Assembly (NCBI GenBank): GCA_045657245.1
Contig: JAZOSQ010000058.1
Location: forward strand, 1 to 60,523
From: Eubacteriales bacterium
Lineage (GTDB): Bacteria > Bacillota > Clostridia > Oscillospirales > CAG-382
Direction of reading: 5' to 3'
DNA: 60,523 nt
Shown here: in pieces, positions 17,244 through 27,900 of the stretch
How positions within the stretch are numbered: position 1 is the first letter of the stretch
Layout of the letters: each line of letters begins with the position of its first letter
The notes under the pieces: generated by a model
Seen by the model: only the letters and a program-made list of their open reading frames with translations
Database searches by the model: none
What the model was told of the DNA's origin: nothing
Program-made: the position numbers and the translations under genes

Positions 17244-20200
17244 TTACCGATACCTCTTTTCCGAGTGCGAAGGAATAGATTATAACGTTTTTGACTTCCC
17301 TGCCCGTCATACGCTCGACTGCGCTTTTATAGCAGGATAATTGGAGTTTATGGCGGTTTATAAGCTCGGATTCTTCAAAAACGCGGTCTGTTTTATAGTC
17401 AACAACGCTATAAGTTCCGTCGGGGTTCTCGAAAAAGCAGTCGATTACACCTTGAACAAGAACCTTTTCGCCGTTTGCTTTGAACGCGTCGCTTACAGAA
17501 AAGCGTTTTTCGCGATAGACCGATTTGGAATTCCTTATTCTCGAATACAAATCGGTTTTGAAGAAATCGGAAAGCGAGTTGATATCGAGAAGCTCTTTTT
17601 GTTTTTCGGATATCATTCTTATTTCGGTCAGACGGTCTGCCTCTTTTTCAACTCCGAAAGAATCAATTCTGTCGAAATCGCAAAACTGCATAAACAGATG
17701 GTTTGCAGTACCGATATCCGAAGCATCGGACTTTGTTTCACCCGCAAAATCGGGTTTTATTGCGACACGTGATAACGGTACCGTTATCGAACGGTTATAT
17801 TCATCGTCCTCCAACAGACCTTCACGAAGCTCGGAAACCGAGATTTTTCGTGCGGTTCTTACCGAAATTTGATGGGGATAGACAAAATCCACGATATCGA
17901 GCATTTTTCGGCTTGGAGAAATCGAGATTCTCTTATTTTTCGGGATATATCCCGATTCGGTATCTGTTTCGCCGATATGGACAACGTCGAAAAAGGATTT
18001 TTCGCCGAGAGAAGCAACATATATTGCAAACTCAAGCCAACTTTTACAGGAAGAAGGATAATAGCGTTTATTTTCCCAGCCCTCGTCGGCACAGCCGGTT
18101 ATATAAAGCCGTTCCTTTGCTCTCGTCAATGCAACGTAAAGTTTTCGCAATTCTTCGCCCAGAAGATGTTCTTTTTCTTCGTCTTCGGCAAGAATGTTGC
18201 AAATCGGGTCATAAGAAACAAATTCATTCTTATTTTTCAATTTGAAGAATATCCCTTTACGGCGCAAAACCGTGAGTGGTGTTTTATTTTTCTTCCCGCC
18301 GAACTTTTTATCGGCACCTGCGACGAAGCAGACTTTATATTCAAGTCCTTTTGATTTATGTACCGTTATAAACGACACGGCATCTTCTTCGCCCGTCTTC
18401 GCGACGTCGGCGATTTGTTTTCCTGTTTTCGAAAGCTCCTTGATATAATCGAGGAAGCCCGAAAGACCTTGGTTCGACGCCGATTCATATTTTTGGGAAT
18501 ATTCATAAAGCAAAAGTAAACTCTGTCTTGAAGCAGAAACGGTCGATATCTGCAACAAGCCCGACGACACCAAAAAGTCTTTCAAAAACTCTTTGCAAGG
18601 TACACCTGAGCTCTTTTTTCGCCATTCATAAAGCGTTTTTATGAAGTTTTTGCATCTTACAGCAAGACAATGGTTGCCGACACGTTTTACGGCACGATAT
18701 TTGCCCTTGTTTTCGCGTTTCCTTGTCGGTAATGACGTTGATGCAACCGCGTCGAAAAACGGCATAGAGGGCAGATTTTCGCGGATACGGTATAAATCGT
18801 CGGAAGTGAAGTTACAAACAGGGCTTCGCATCAACGAACAAAGCGAAATATCATCGTTGGGATCGTCTATCGCTTTTAATGCAGACAATGCCAAACGGAT
18901 ATCGGGGTTTTCGAGAAAGTTTTCGCTTTTTTCGTTTTTATAGGGGATTCCGTATTTTTGGAACGCCTTTTCGTAATCGATCGAATAGCCCTTCATTGCG
19001 CTCAACATAACCGCAACGTCTGAAAACTTTAATTTTCCTCCATTGTCCGAGGTTTCATTATTTACAAGTCGCAAAATCTCTTTTGCGATATATTCCGCTT
19101 CCGCTTGGCGCGATTCCTTTGCCATATCCTTTTCTTTATCGGATATCGCAACGATTACGGGATGACGTCTATCAGGCGCGGTTGATGCGTGGATAAGCCA
19201 TTCGTCCTCGTATTCGCGGTAATAGGGTGTATTCTTTGTTACCGATTCGAAAAGACGGTTTACGAAATCGATAACCGTTTGTGAACAGCGGAAGTTCTCG
19301 CGGAGAAAGATTCTTACGCCTTTTTCGGTATTGCCCGAAAGGTCTTGATATTGTTCCTTATATCCAAGGAAAATGTCGGGATATGCGTTGCGGAAACGAT
19401 AGATACTCTGCTTCACGTCTCCGACCATAAAACGATTGTTTCCGTTTGAAAGCAGATTGAAAATGCGGTCCTGCATCGGGTTTACGTCCTGATATTCGTC
19501 GATGAGGATTTCTTTGAAGCTGTTTTGTTTTTTTAAGGCAAGTTCACTCGGAACGCTGTTTCCGAATTCGTCCTTGACTTCGAGAAGTTTTAATGCCTTT
19601 TGCTCGAAATCGGTATAGTCCAAAACACCGTTTTCAAGTTTTGACAATTCATATTCGGAATCAAGTTTATTGATAAAATATCTTATTGCGTCGATTATAT
19701 CGGCGCATTTTTCGAAGCTTTCCGAGATAAGCACTTCGCTTCCCCGACAATAGCGTTCATAAAGCGATTTTTCGGTCTTGACGATCGCTTCCTTCATATC
19801 CTTGATTATCTTATGTGCCACGGCATCGCAACCTTTATTGGAGAGTCTTATGGTTGCAAGTGAGGATTCTGCAGTTGAGCAGAAGTTTACATAATTCGTT
19901 TCAAGAGCCGTACGTACTGCTTCACAGCTTTTTAGAAGTTGTTCGATAGGTTGTATATATTTATCATCGTTCGCGCTTGTTACGGCGAAGGAATAGATAT
20001 CGTTTGCGGATTGTACAAGTTCATCATAAAACACACGCAAACGGTTTTGCATTGTTTTCCCAAGTTCGGTTTCGAAAAAGCCGTTTTCTCTGACGGTCTT
20101 CGCATCGTTACGAAGCTCGTTCGCACAATTAATCAGCATTTCTTCCCTATTGAGCATAACACGCAATGCGTTATAAAGCTCTATCATCGCATCGGACAGA

Positions 20201-20694
20201 GGTTCGTCGTTTTTTATGCCCGAAAAATTATCGGCAAGTAACAAAAGGTTTTTATCGTCGGTTTCATAGCCCTCGCTTATAATCTTATCCGCCGCGTTAC
20301 GAAGCATCATCGCGGATTCGGTTTCGTCGATAACGCGAACACGGGGAGAGATTCCGAGCAGAGCGAAATTCTCCTTTACCAAGGAAAGACAATAAGACGA
20401 TATTGTGCAGATATTTGCCTCGGAAACGAGGGTCGATTGACGGAAAAGATGTTTATCGTTGGGGTTCTTTGCGATTTCTTCAATCAACGCTTTATAGAGC
20501 TTTTGTTTTATATCCGAAGCGGCGGCTTTCATAAAGGTCACAACAAGGAAATCGGTTACCGAATCGCCGTTTTTTATGCGACGTATAAGACGTTCGGTGA
20601 GTACCGTCGTCTTACCGCTTCCTGCACCCGCACTTATGAGAAGGTTTACGTTATGTGTATTTATAGCGTCAGTCTGTTTCGCTGTAAAGTTCAT
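17230..20694 (-). CDS. addA: ATP-dependent helicase/nuclease AddA
   Basis: The 1154-aa ORF has a UvrD/Rep-type N-terminus (AGAGSGKTTVLTER) and a C-terminal PD-(D/E)xK nuclease region (GVIDCFF...VVDYKTD). It lies directly downstream of addB with a 26-nt overlap. Confidence 0.95.
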   Translation of the reverse strand: MNFTAKQTDAINTHNVNLLISAGAGSGKTTVLTERLIRRIKNGDSVTDFLVVTFMKAAASDIKQKLYKALIEEIAKNPNDKHLFRQSTLVSEANICTISSYCLSLVKENFALLGISPRVRVIDETESAMMLRNAADKIISEGYETDDKNLLLLADNFSGIKNDEPLSDAMIELYNALRVMLNREEMLINCANELRNDAKTVRENGFFETELGKTMQNRLRVFYDELVQSANDIYSFAVTSANDDKYIQPIEQLLKSCEAVRTALETNYVNFCSTAESSLATIRLSNKGCDAVAHKIIKDMKEAIVKTEKSLYERYCRGSEVLISESFEKCADIIDAIRYFINKLDSEYELSKLENGVLDYTDFEQKALKLLEVKDEFGNSVPSELALKKQNSFKEILIDEYQDVNPMQDRIFNLLSNGNNRFMVGDVKQSIYRFRNAYPDIFLGYKEQYQDLSGNTEKGVRIFLRENFRCSQTVIDFVNRLFESVTKNTPYYREYEDEWLIHASTAPDRRHPVIVAISDKEKDMAKESRQAEAEYIAKEILRLVNNETSDNGGKLKFSDVAVMLSAMKGYSIDYEKAFQKYGIPYKNEKSENFLENPDIRLALSALKAIDDPNDDISLCSLMRSPVCNFTSDDLYRIRENLPSMPFFDAVASTSLPTRKRENKGKYRAVKRVGNHCLAVRCKNFIKTLYEWRKKSSGVPCKEFLKDFLVSSGLLQISTVSASRQSLLLLYEYSQKYESASNQGLSGFLDYIKELSKTGKQIADVAKTGEEDAVSFITVHKSKGLEYKVCFVAGADKKFGGKKNKTPLTVLRRKGIFFKLKNKNEFVSYDPICNILAEDEEKEHLLGEELRKLYVALTRAKERLYITGCADEGWENKRYYPSSCKSWLEFAIYVASLGEKSFFDVVHIGETDTESGYIPKNKRISISPSRKMLDIVDFVYPHQISVRTARKISVSELREGLLEDDEYNRSITVPLSRVAIKPDFAGETKSDASDIGTANHLFMQFCDFDRIDSFGVEKEADRLTEIRMISEKQKELLDINSLSDFFKTDLYSRIRNSKSVYREKRFSVSDAFKANGEKVLVQGVIDCFFENPDGTYSVVDYKTDRVFEESELINRHKLQLSCYKSAVERMTGREVKNVIIYSFALGKEVSVIEQI

Positions 20695-23600
20695 TTTTGT
20701 CCTCCTCTATGTCTTTTTTACTTCTGCAAAAATCACCGTGCGGACAGAATTTGCAGGGGTCTGCCTTACCGTCGAAATCGTTCGGAATTACGTCCATTTT
20801 TCCGCAGAAAACGTTATCGGCAAGGGTTTCGACCTGTTCTCTCAACGTTTCGGAAAGCGAAGCGAATTCTTCGTCGGTCAAAAGGTTATTTGAGCGTTTC
20901 GAAAGAGTACCGTCTTTGTTTATACTCGTCGGCACGTATGAACAATCTTTACTCATCGCAAGGACGATTTCGGGATCATTGAGAAGAACACCGCTTCTTT
21001 TAATGCTCTTTTCGATTTCGGATTTTATCTTTTCGGGTGTCTCTCTGCCTGTGATATTAACGTTCGGTAATTGAACGGTATAATATAGCACACCGGCAGG
21101 TTTTGCATCCATTTTTTCGCAATAGGCGAAAAGATAATGGAGCATTTGGGTATCCAAGCCGTTTGCGACCATATTGAGCGAAAACGGTTTGTTATAGGTC
21201 TTATAATCGACGACACGGACATATTTCGTTCCGTTCACCTCATAGGTATCTACCCTATCTATGGAGCCGCGAAGCAAGACCTTCTTTCCGTCGCGGTCAT
21301 ATTCGATTGCGGGTATATCGGGGTTATGCAACCCGATTTTGAATTCGAATCCCGTTGGGATAAACTCGCTTTGTGAAAATTCCTTCGTTAGACTTTCGGT
21401 GACGAAAGAAAGTGTTTTCACGGCGTTTTCAAAGGTATGGACAAAACGTTTATTGTTCTTTGTTTCCTCGCCGATCACGGTTTCGAAATATTCGTCGGCA
21501 TAGCCGCGAACCATGGTTTCACGTTTTTCATCATCGGGTGCGACGAATTTTCCCGTCTTGATACATTCTTTGAGATATTGTTCCAACACCTTATGAATGA
21601 AAGTTCCGATTTCGGGAGAAGCGAAGGCATTTTCCTTCTTTTCCTTCAAATCGAGAAGATAGTTTGCGAAGAACGAGAAGGGACAAAGGATATATCTTTC
21701 GAATTTTGAAGGCGAAAGAAGAAGCTTATCCTTTTTGAAGTCGATTCTCGAAGCAGAATCCGAAACGGAAGGAAGTTCTTCGAAGAAAGGAAGGTTTTTA
21801 TTTTTTAATGCGGTTTTGATTTTCGTCTTTAATTCCCCGTTTTCGAAAGTCGGGAAATATGAGGCGACCGATTCACGAGAATATATCAAATCTTCGTTCG
21901 AAAATTCTTTTTCTTTTACCTCTGGAAGCATATTTTTTATCGAAAACCACGCCGTCGAGGGACGAAGTTCTTCGCCGCTTAATTCGCTTCTCGGATAGGA
22001 CAACACAAGACGTTCCGTCGGTGCACTTAAAGCCGCATAGACGAAGAATCGACCTGTATTTAATAGTTTATCCATCGTGTCGGCAAGTCGTAATTCGAGG
22101 GATTCAAGCAACACGGCTTCATCTCTGTCAAAAAATCCGCCGTTTGACGCAGATGCAGGAAATTCACCGTCGCAAACTCCGAGCACGATTACGAGTTTGC
22201 TTCCGCCTGCACGAATCAAAGATGCATCACCGAAGGTTACAGAATCGGAAGACGGCGGTATTGCACCCAAAGAATAGCAATCGCACATAAGTTTTATGAG
22301 CGACACCATGCGTTTCGGTGTGGTTTTCATATTACCGCAGAGGGAGTCGAGTTGGTTGAATATATTTATCAAAAGTTTCCAAAGCTGGATATTACGTTCA
22401 GATTCTTCACGGTCACCGTTTTTCAAGAAATATTCCGCGTTTTTACGGAGCTTTTCGTCCGCTTCCATAACTATCAAATGGTTATAGAGTGCACGAACGG
22501 CATCGGAAACGGTGAGGTCTTTTTTTGTCAAGGTTTCTTTTAAGGCAACGAGAGGCGGAACGACTTTTTTCTTTGCGGTATTTGCTTTTGTGAGCAATTT
22601 CGCGCCGCGTTTTGTCAAATCGCCTTCACGGTATCCTTCGGGGTCGAGCATCCAATCGTTTTCGCTATACCACGCTTTACCGCGCAATTTCCAGGAATAT
22701 GCATAATTCAAGACCGCATCTGATTCGGATACGGTTAGGTCGGTATAGCCGGTTTTTATGTATCGTTTCATACTGCGCAAGGAGAAATCCTCGATTATTA
22801 CGGCAAGGCACGACAATATGAACGAGAAGAGCGGTTTTGAGGACAAATCCTCTTTCGAGGACATATAACAAGGTATTTCGGCGCGAGAGAAGACAGAATC
22901 GACGATCGTTTGATAGTTCGAAACGTTACCCGCAAGAACGGTTATATCTTTATATCTTCCGCCGTTACGGACAAATTCGGTTATCTCCGCTGCCGCCGCT
23001 TCAACCTCGTCAAAGCGGTTTTTGGCAGTTATCAGGCACACCGAACCGTCGTTTTTTTCAAGCGGTTTTACGTTCGGGCACCAGAGGTTTCGTTCGATAT
23101 ATTTCAAACATTCAAACTTTGTGCGTTTCGGTTCGGCGGTATAGTAATCTTCACAACCAACCCTGCTTAAACGTTTTATACGTTCGGCGGCTTTTGTGTT
23201 TTCTCGGAAAAATTCACGGTTTTCGTCCGAGGTGAAGGAAATATACGTATCCTTACTTTGAGCAATGATATGTTTTATAACTTCATATTCCTGCTCGGTG
23301 AAGTTGTAATAACCGTCTATAAAAACATAGGAGTTTTTGAAAAAGTCTTTTTCTTTCAGTTCCGACGAAAGACGTGTCAAAGCATCACGGGGATCGAACA
23401 GAGTATCGCCAAAATATTTCTCGTATTCGGAATATATTAACGCGATATCTTTTATCTTTGACATCAAGCGGGGTTCGTCCTCAAGGGCATCGGACGAAAT
23501 TGCGTCGGAGAGTATTTTCGGAGTGACGAGCGACATTTTCATTCTCGAAATGAGAGTAAACATCGATTCCGCAAAATCCGCATCCTCGGCAACAGATTTG

Positions 23601-23917
23601 AATTCGGTCAAATCTTCCTTCAAAGTTTCCGATATAAGCGACAAAAGGGCGCATGCGCCCCCTTTATCAATCGAATTAATTGCCAAACCGCCGAAATCAC
23701 GTGCAACACGGTTCGGAAGGCGCTCGAAATTCAGAACCTCGCAATAAAGGTTCGAGCTATCGCCGAAACGTTCGCACAACATCGCTTCGTAATCTACGGA
23801 TTGTTGTTCGGGAACTATTACAAAACAGCGTTTTTTCTGTTTTATAGCTTCGCCGAGCCGTGAAATTATATATTCTGTTTTTCCGCTTCCCGAAGCGCCA
23901 ATTACACGGTAGAGCAT
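20669..23917 (-). CDS. addB: ATP-dependent helicase/deoxyribonuclease AddB
   Basis: The 1082-aa ORF has Walker A (GASGSGKT) and a C-terminal nuclease with Fe-S cysteines (YILCPF ... CKFCPHGDFC). The addB-addA gene order is typical of Firmicutes. Confidence 0.93.
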   Translation of the reverse strand: MLYRVIGASGSGKTEYIISRLGEAIKQKKRCFVIVPEQQSVDYEAMLCERFGDSSNLYCEVLNFERLPNRVARDFGGLAINSIDKGGACALLSLISETLKEDLTEFKSVAEDADFAESMFTLISRMKMSLVTPKILSDAISSDALEDEPRLMSKIKDIALIYSEYEKYFGDTLFDPRDALTRLSSELKEKDFFKNSYVFIDGYYNFTEQEYEVIKHIIAQSKDTYISFTSDENREFFRENTKAAERIKRLSRVGCEDYYTAEPKRTKFECLKYIERNLWCPNVKPLEKNDGSVCLITAKNRFDEVEAAAAEITEFVRNGGRYKDITVLAGNVSNYQTIVDSVFSRAEIPCYMSSKEDLSSKPLFSFILSCLAVIIEDFSLRSMKRYIKTGYTDLTVSESDAVLNYAYSWKLRGKAWYSENDWMLDPEGYREGDLTKRGAKLLTKANTAKKKVVPPLVALKETLTKKDLTVSDAVRALYNHLIVMEADEKLRKNAEYFLKNGDREESERNIQLWKLLINIFNQLDSLCGNMKTTPKRMVSLIKLMCDCYSLGAIPPSSDSVTFGDASLIRAGGSKLVIVLGVCDGEFPASASNGGFFDRDEAVLLESLELRLADTMDKLLNTGRFFVYAALSAPTERLVLSYPRSELSGEELRPSTAWFSIKNMLPEVKEKEFSNEDLIYSRESVASYFPTFENGELKTKIKTALKNKNLPFFEELPSVSDSASRIDFKKDKLLLSPSKFERYILCPFSFFANYLLDLKEKKENAFASPEIGTFIHKVLEQYLKECIKTGKFVAPDDEKRETMVRGYADEYFETVIGEETKNNKRFVHTFENAVKTLSFVTESLTKEFSQSEFIPTGFEFKIGLHNPDIPAIEYDRDGKKVLLRGSIDRVDTYEVNGTKYVRVVDYKTYNKPFSLNMVANGLDTQMLHYLFAYCEKMDAKPAGVLYYTVQLPNVNITGRETPEKIKSEIEKSIKRSGVLLNDPEIVLAMSKDCSYVPTSINKDGTLSKRSNNLLTDEEFASLSETLREQVETLADNVFCGKMDVIPNDFDGKADPCKFCPHGDFCRSKKDIEEDKNELYSETD

Positions 23918-23923
23918 ATTATA

Positions 23924-24499
23924 TCACCAAAAAAATTCTAAAAGTTTGAATCTGAAGGTATATTTACGGTTTGTGAAAACTTTCGAATCGTTTTCTTTAA
24001 CGTTGGTACGTTTGAAATCGGTTGCGTTTGCAGACGCTTTTGTGCATAACGGCGGAAACAAGACACACCACCAGTTATTCCCTTCTCCTTTACCGAGATT
24101 CACTCTTAACGAACGGTATGTTCCCGAAGGAAGAGTCAGGTTTTCATAGACCCTCGTCGGATATTCTTCCATTCCCCATTCGCAAACGGCTTTATATTCC
24201 ATTCCGTTTTCAGAAAGAACACGGTTCGCGATAGCTTCGATCTTCGGCAGATTTGATTCGACCGTTTCGCTTGCGGTAACGATGTTGCCGTCTTCTGCAA
24301 AAAGGTCGGAACATTCCGAAAGTATTGCGTCACGTACCATTAATTTCACGTTTTGTGCGCTTTCGCTGTTATCCTCGGCGAGAATATGAAGCCGAATCAC
24401 GCTGTCATAAATTTCCGATTCGCTTCTCGGAATCAGAACATCAACGACGTTAAGTAAGATGAAGCAAGCACAAAAGAGTGCAACGATTTTTGTTTTCAT
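23924..24499 (-). CDS. spoIIR: Stage II sporulation protein R
   Basis: The 191-aa ORF has a signal/anchor N-terminus and SpoIIR hallmarks (VIRLHILAEDNSESAQNVKLMVRDAIL ... NWWCVLFPPLC). Confidence 0.9.
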   Translation of the reverse strand: MKTKIVALFCACFILLNVVDVLIPRSESEIYDSVIRLHILAEDNSESAQNVKLMVRDAILSECSDLFAEDGNIVTASETVESNLPKIEAIANRVLSENGMEYKAVCEWGMEEYPTRVYENLTLPSGTYRSLRVNLGKGEGNNWWCVLFPPLCTKASANATDFKRTNVKENDSKVFTNRKYTFRFKLLEFFW

Positions 24500-24565
24500 T
24501 TTTTATTCTCCTTTTCCGGTTTCACTCGATTATTATCCGGAAAAGGAAAAATTATACATATTATT

Positions 24566-25402
24566 TCAAAGTGTTTCGCAGGTATATGCGCTATATCCCT
24601 TTTCGATGAGCGCATTTTTTGCGTTTTCTGCGGTTTCTTTATCGGCAAAGATACCGAAAACCGAAGGTCCGCTTCCCGAAAGGCGAGAGTTTTTCGCACC
24701 ATGCGACATCATCAATTCACGAATCTCCATCGTTTCGGGGCAAAGTTCGTCGGTTACTGGTTCGAAAGCGTTACCGAACGAAGAAATTATCCTATCGATA
24801 TTGCCTTCCTTTAATGCATTGAGAAATATATCCGTATCGTTTCTCACGGGAAGGTTTTTCGCATCGTATTGACGGTATACTTCGGGAGTTGAAAGACGGC
24901 CTTTGCCGATTGCGATAACGCAATCAAGCTTCGGCAAACCCTTCAATTCCGTTAATACCTCACCTCTGCCCTCACAAAGAGCAACATTACCCAAAAGACA
25001 GAGCGAAACGTCGGAACCGAGTTTTTCGGCAAGTGAGAAAAGCTTGTCCTCTGCAAGCGGGTTTTCATAAAGGTTGTTAAGTCCCTTCAAGACAGCCGCC
25101 GCATCGGAGCTTCCGCCGCCCAATCCCGCAGGAAACGGAATATTCTTCTCGAGATAGATTTTCGCACTATTCGCGATTCCCGATTCTTCGAAAAAGAGTT
25201 TTGCGGCACGGACACAGAGGTTATCTTCGGTGCAAAGCGTTTTTATATTGCAATCAAATTCCAAAGCATCGTTTTTTTCGAGAATTAGGTTATCACAAAG
25301 CGATATGGGCGCCATAACCGAACGTAACGTATGAAATCCGTCGTCACGGACACCCGTTATATCGAGAGTGAGATTGATTTTTGCGTATGCTTTTATTTTC
25401 AT
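24566..25402 (-). CDS. ispE: 4-diphosphocytidyl-2-C-methyl-D-erythritol kinase
   Basis: The 278-aa ORF has GHMP-kinase motifs (KINLTLDI; PAGLGGGSSDAAAVL). Confidence 0.93.
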   Translation of the reverse strand: MKIKAYAKINLTLDITGVRDDGFHTLRSVMAPISLCDNLILEKNDALEFDCNIKTLCTEDNLCVRAAKLFFEESGIANSAKIYLEKNIPFPAGLGGGSSDAAAVLKGLNNLYENPLAEDKLFSLAEKLGSDVSLCLLGNVALCEGRGEVLTELKGLPKLDCVIAIGKGRLSTPEVYRQYDAKNLPVRNDTDIFLNALKEGNIDRIISSFGNAFEPVTDELCPETMEIRELMMSHGAKNSRLSGSGPSVFGIFADKETAENAKNALIEKGYSAYTCETL

Positions 25403-26568
25403 AGCGTTTTTATAAATTCTTCCATACGTTTTACTGCTTTTTTGATATGAGCAGGAGAATATGCATAGGAAAGTCTTGCGAATCCGCTTCCGCTTTCACC
25501 GAATGCGCTGCCGGGGACTATCGCACATTTCTTTTCATAAAGAAGGCGTTCGCAGAATTGTTCGTCGGTAAGACCGAATTTTCTTATATCAGCGAAAACA
25601 TAGAATGCGCCGTCGGGCATAAACGTTTCGATGCCGATTCGGTTGAGTTCGCTGACAAGCAAACGACGACGTGCTTCATATTCGCCCTTCATATATTCGA
25701 TATCCGCATCACCGTTTTTGAGTGCTTCGATTGCGGCATATTGGCTTGTTGTGGGGGCGCACATAATTCCGAACTGATGAACCTTTGCCATCTGTTTTGT
25801 GAAGTATTCGGGCGCAAGAGTATATCCCAATCGCCAACCTGTCATCGCATATGCTTTCGAGAAGCCGTTTGCGATAATCGTACGTTCACGCATATCGGGT
25901 ATTGAAGCGATTGAAACGTGTTTTTCGCCGTATGTAAGTTCTGCATATATTTCGTCGGAAAGAATGCAGATATTCGTTTCACGCAAAACATCGGCAATTG
26001 CTTCGAGGTCTTCTTTTCTCATAACAGAACCCGTGGGGTTATTCGGGAACGGAAGAACGAGAAGCTTTGTTTTATCGGTTATAGCGTTCTTTAACTGTTC
26101 TGCGGTAAGGCGGAAGCCGTTATCGGGAGAAAGCTTTATCGGAACGGGCACACCGCCTGCAAGACGTGCAAGGGGTTCATAGCAGACAAAGCAGGGTTCG
26201 GGGATAATTACTTCGTCACCGTTTTCAATAAGTGCGCGCATAGCAATATCTATCGCTTCGCTGCCGCCGACGGTTACGATAATCTCGGTCGCGGCATCAT
26301 AGTCCAAACCGAAACGGCGTTTTTGATATGCGGCAATCTCCTGACGGAATTCCAATATACCGTTGTTTGAAGTATAGTAAGTGAGCCCCTCTTCGAGCGA
26401 GCGTATGCCCGCATTACGAATATGCCAAGGGGTTACAAAGTCCGGTTGTCCGACAGTCAAACCCACGACATCGCTCATTTCGTTGAGGATATCGAAAAAC
26501 TTTCGGATACCGGAAGGTTTTATTTCTGTTACTTTAGCCGGCAGGCTTTTTGATATATCGAATTTCAC
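25399..26568 (-). CDS. PLP-dependent class I/II aminotransferase (AlaT/AspC-like)
   Basis: The 389-aa ORF has the PLP-lysine region SKAYAMTGWRLGY. It overlaps the upstream AsnC-type regulator gene by 4 nt, which recalls the B. subtilis alaR-alaT arrangement. Confidence 0.9.
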   Translation of the reverse strand: MKFDISKSLPAKVTEIKPSGIRKFFDILNEMSDVVGLTVGQPDFVTPWHIRNAGIRSLEEGLTYYTSNNGILEFRQEIAAYQKRRFGLDYDAATEIIVTVGGSEAIDIAMRALIENGDEVIIPEPCFVCYEPLARLAGGVPVPIKLSPDNGFRLTAEQLKNAITDKTKLLVLPFPNNPTGSVMRKEDLEAIADVLRETNICILSDEIYAELTYGEKHVSIASIPDMRERTIIANGFSKAYAMTGWRLGYTLAPEYFTKQMAKVHQFGIMCAPTTSQYAAIEALKNGDADIEYMKGEYEARRRLLVSELNRIGIETFMPDGAFYVFADIRKFGLTDEQFCERLLYEKKCAIVPGSAFGESGSGFARLSYAYSPAHIKKAVKRMEEFIKTL

Positions 26569-27044
26569 CAGCTGTTTCCTCTTTTATCGGTTGTTTCGGT
26601 ACCGTAAATGACACCGTTTTCTTTATATTTTTGGAGTTCGAAATGGGTTGCGGTCGCTGTTACACCTTCTATCGTTGCGAGTTTTTCCGCAACGAAGAAC
26701 GCAACGTCGCGCATATTGGCACATTCAACGGTTATTGCAAGGTCGAAGCCACCAGACATCAAGCATACCGACTTAACTTCAGGGAAATTGCAGATTCTTT
26801 CTGCAACGGAACCGAAGCCCTTATCACGTTGGGGGATAGTTTTTAGCTCGATGAGTGCAGTTACGGCAGTTTTGCCTGTTTTGTTCCAATCAACAACGGT
26901 TCTATAAGAAATTATAGTGCCGTCGGCTTCACATTCCGCAATGATTGCATCAACTTCAGATTCGGTTATTCCGAGAAGTGTAGCCAATTCGGAATGAGCG
27001 ATACGGGCATCTTTTTCGAGATATGCTAAAATACGTTCTTTCAT
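26565..27044 (-). CDS. Lrp/AsnC family transcriptional regulator
   Basis: The 159-aa ORF has an N-terminal HTH (ARIAHSELATLLGITESEV) and a C-terminal RAM-like domain. Confidence 0.88.
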   Translation of the reverse strand: MKERILAYLEKDARIAHSELATLLGITESEVDAIIAECEADGTIISYRTVVDWNKTGKTAVTALIELKTIPQRDKGFGSVAERICNFPEVKSVCLMSGGFDLAITVECANMRDVAFFVAEKLATIEGVTATATHFELQKYKENGVIYGTETTDKRGNSW

Positions 27045-27058
27045 TTTATCCTCCGTAA

Positions 27059-27883
27059 TTAAAGAGTGTCAAAATATTTTTTTCGTTGTTCGAAACGGGT
27101 TACATACTTAAACCCAAGGGATTGAAGCATTTCGGTCGCTTCCTTGAAGTTTGCCGAGATATGCTTACAATGGTGGGAATCGGAGCCAATCGTTATATCC
27201 CTGCCACCGAGTTCATAATAGAAGCTCAACAAATCGGCGTTAGGAAGACATTCACCCATCGTCTGACGGAGTCCCGAAGTATTACATTCGAGCGTCAAGC
27301 CCTTATCGACAACCGCTTTTAATATCGGTTCGAAATATTCCCTTCCCTTTGATTTTATATCCGGGAAATCGGTTATACCGTTTCCGAGATAATATCGTTT
27401 GGGATAGGTTATATGAGTCAGTACATCAAAGTCGCCCCATTCGATAGTATCGAGCATTTCTTTTATATACAGATCCCAAAGCGCTTTATATTCGGCAACA
27501 GAAAGCGATTTTATATCGGTATAGGAGAAGTCGGTTATGCCTCTTACTGCGTGTACAGAGCCGAGCACGATGTCATAGGGGTATTTTTTGAGCTGTTCTC
27601 TCGCTTCGACGGGCATATGGGTTGCCTGACCGAGTTCTATACCGTGCCAAACGGAGAGTTTGCCCTCGAATTCGGCTTTTGCCTCGGTTATATCACGATA
27701 GATACCTTCGTGGTCGAGCGGGGGAAAATAGCCGTCATAGATACCGTCGATATCGTAATGGTCGGTTATTGCAACACCGCTTAATCCCTTTTCGATTGCG
27801 GAAAGACAGATTTCGCGAATCGAACTGCCTTCACCCATCGGGATATCGCAGGAATATTGTGAATGGTTATGGTTATCAAACAT
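27059..27883 (-). CDS. PHP-family phosphoesterase (HisJ-type histidinol phosphatase family)
   Basis: The 274-aa ORF has an N-terminal HxH (FDNHNHSQYS) and further His/Asp metal ligands (TDHYD, GSVH, GSDSH). Confidence 0.8.
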   Translation of the reverse strand: MFDNHNHSQYSCDIPMGEGSSIREICLSAIEKGLSGVAITDHYDIDGIYDGYFPPLDHEGIYRDITEAKAEFEGKLSVWHGIELGQATHMPVEAREQLKKYPYDIVLGSVHAVRGITDFSYTDIKSLSVAEYKALWDLYIKEMLDTIEWGDFDVLTHITYPKRYYLGNGITDFPDIKSKGREYFEPILKAVVDKGLTLECNTSGLRQTMGECLPNADLLSFYYELGGRDITIGSDSHHCKHISANFKEATEMLQSLGFKYVTRFEQRKKYFDTL

Positions 27884-27900
27884 AAAATTACCTTTTTTGA

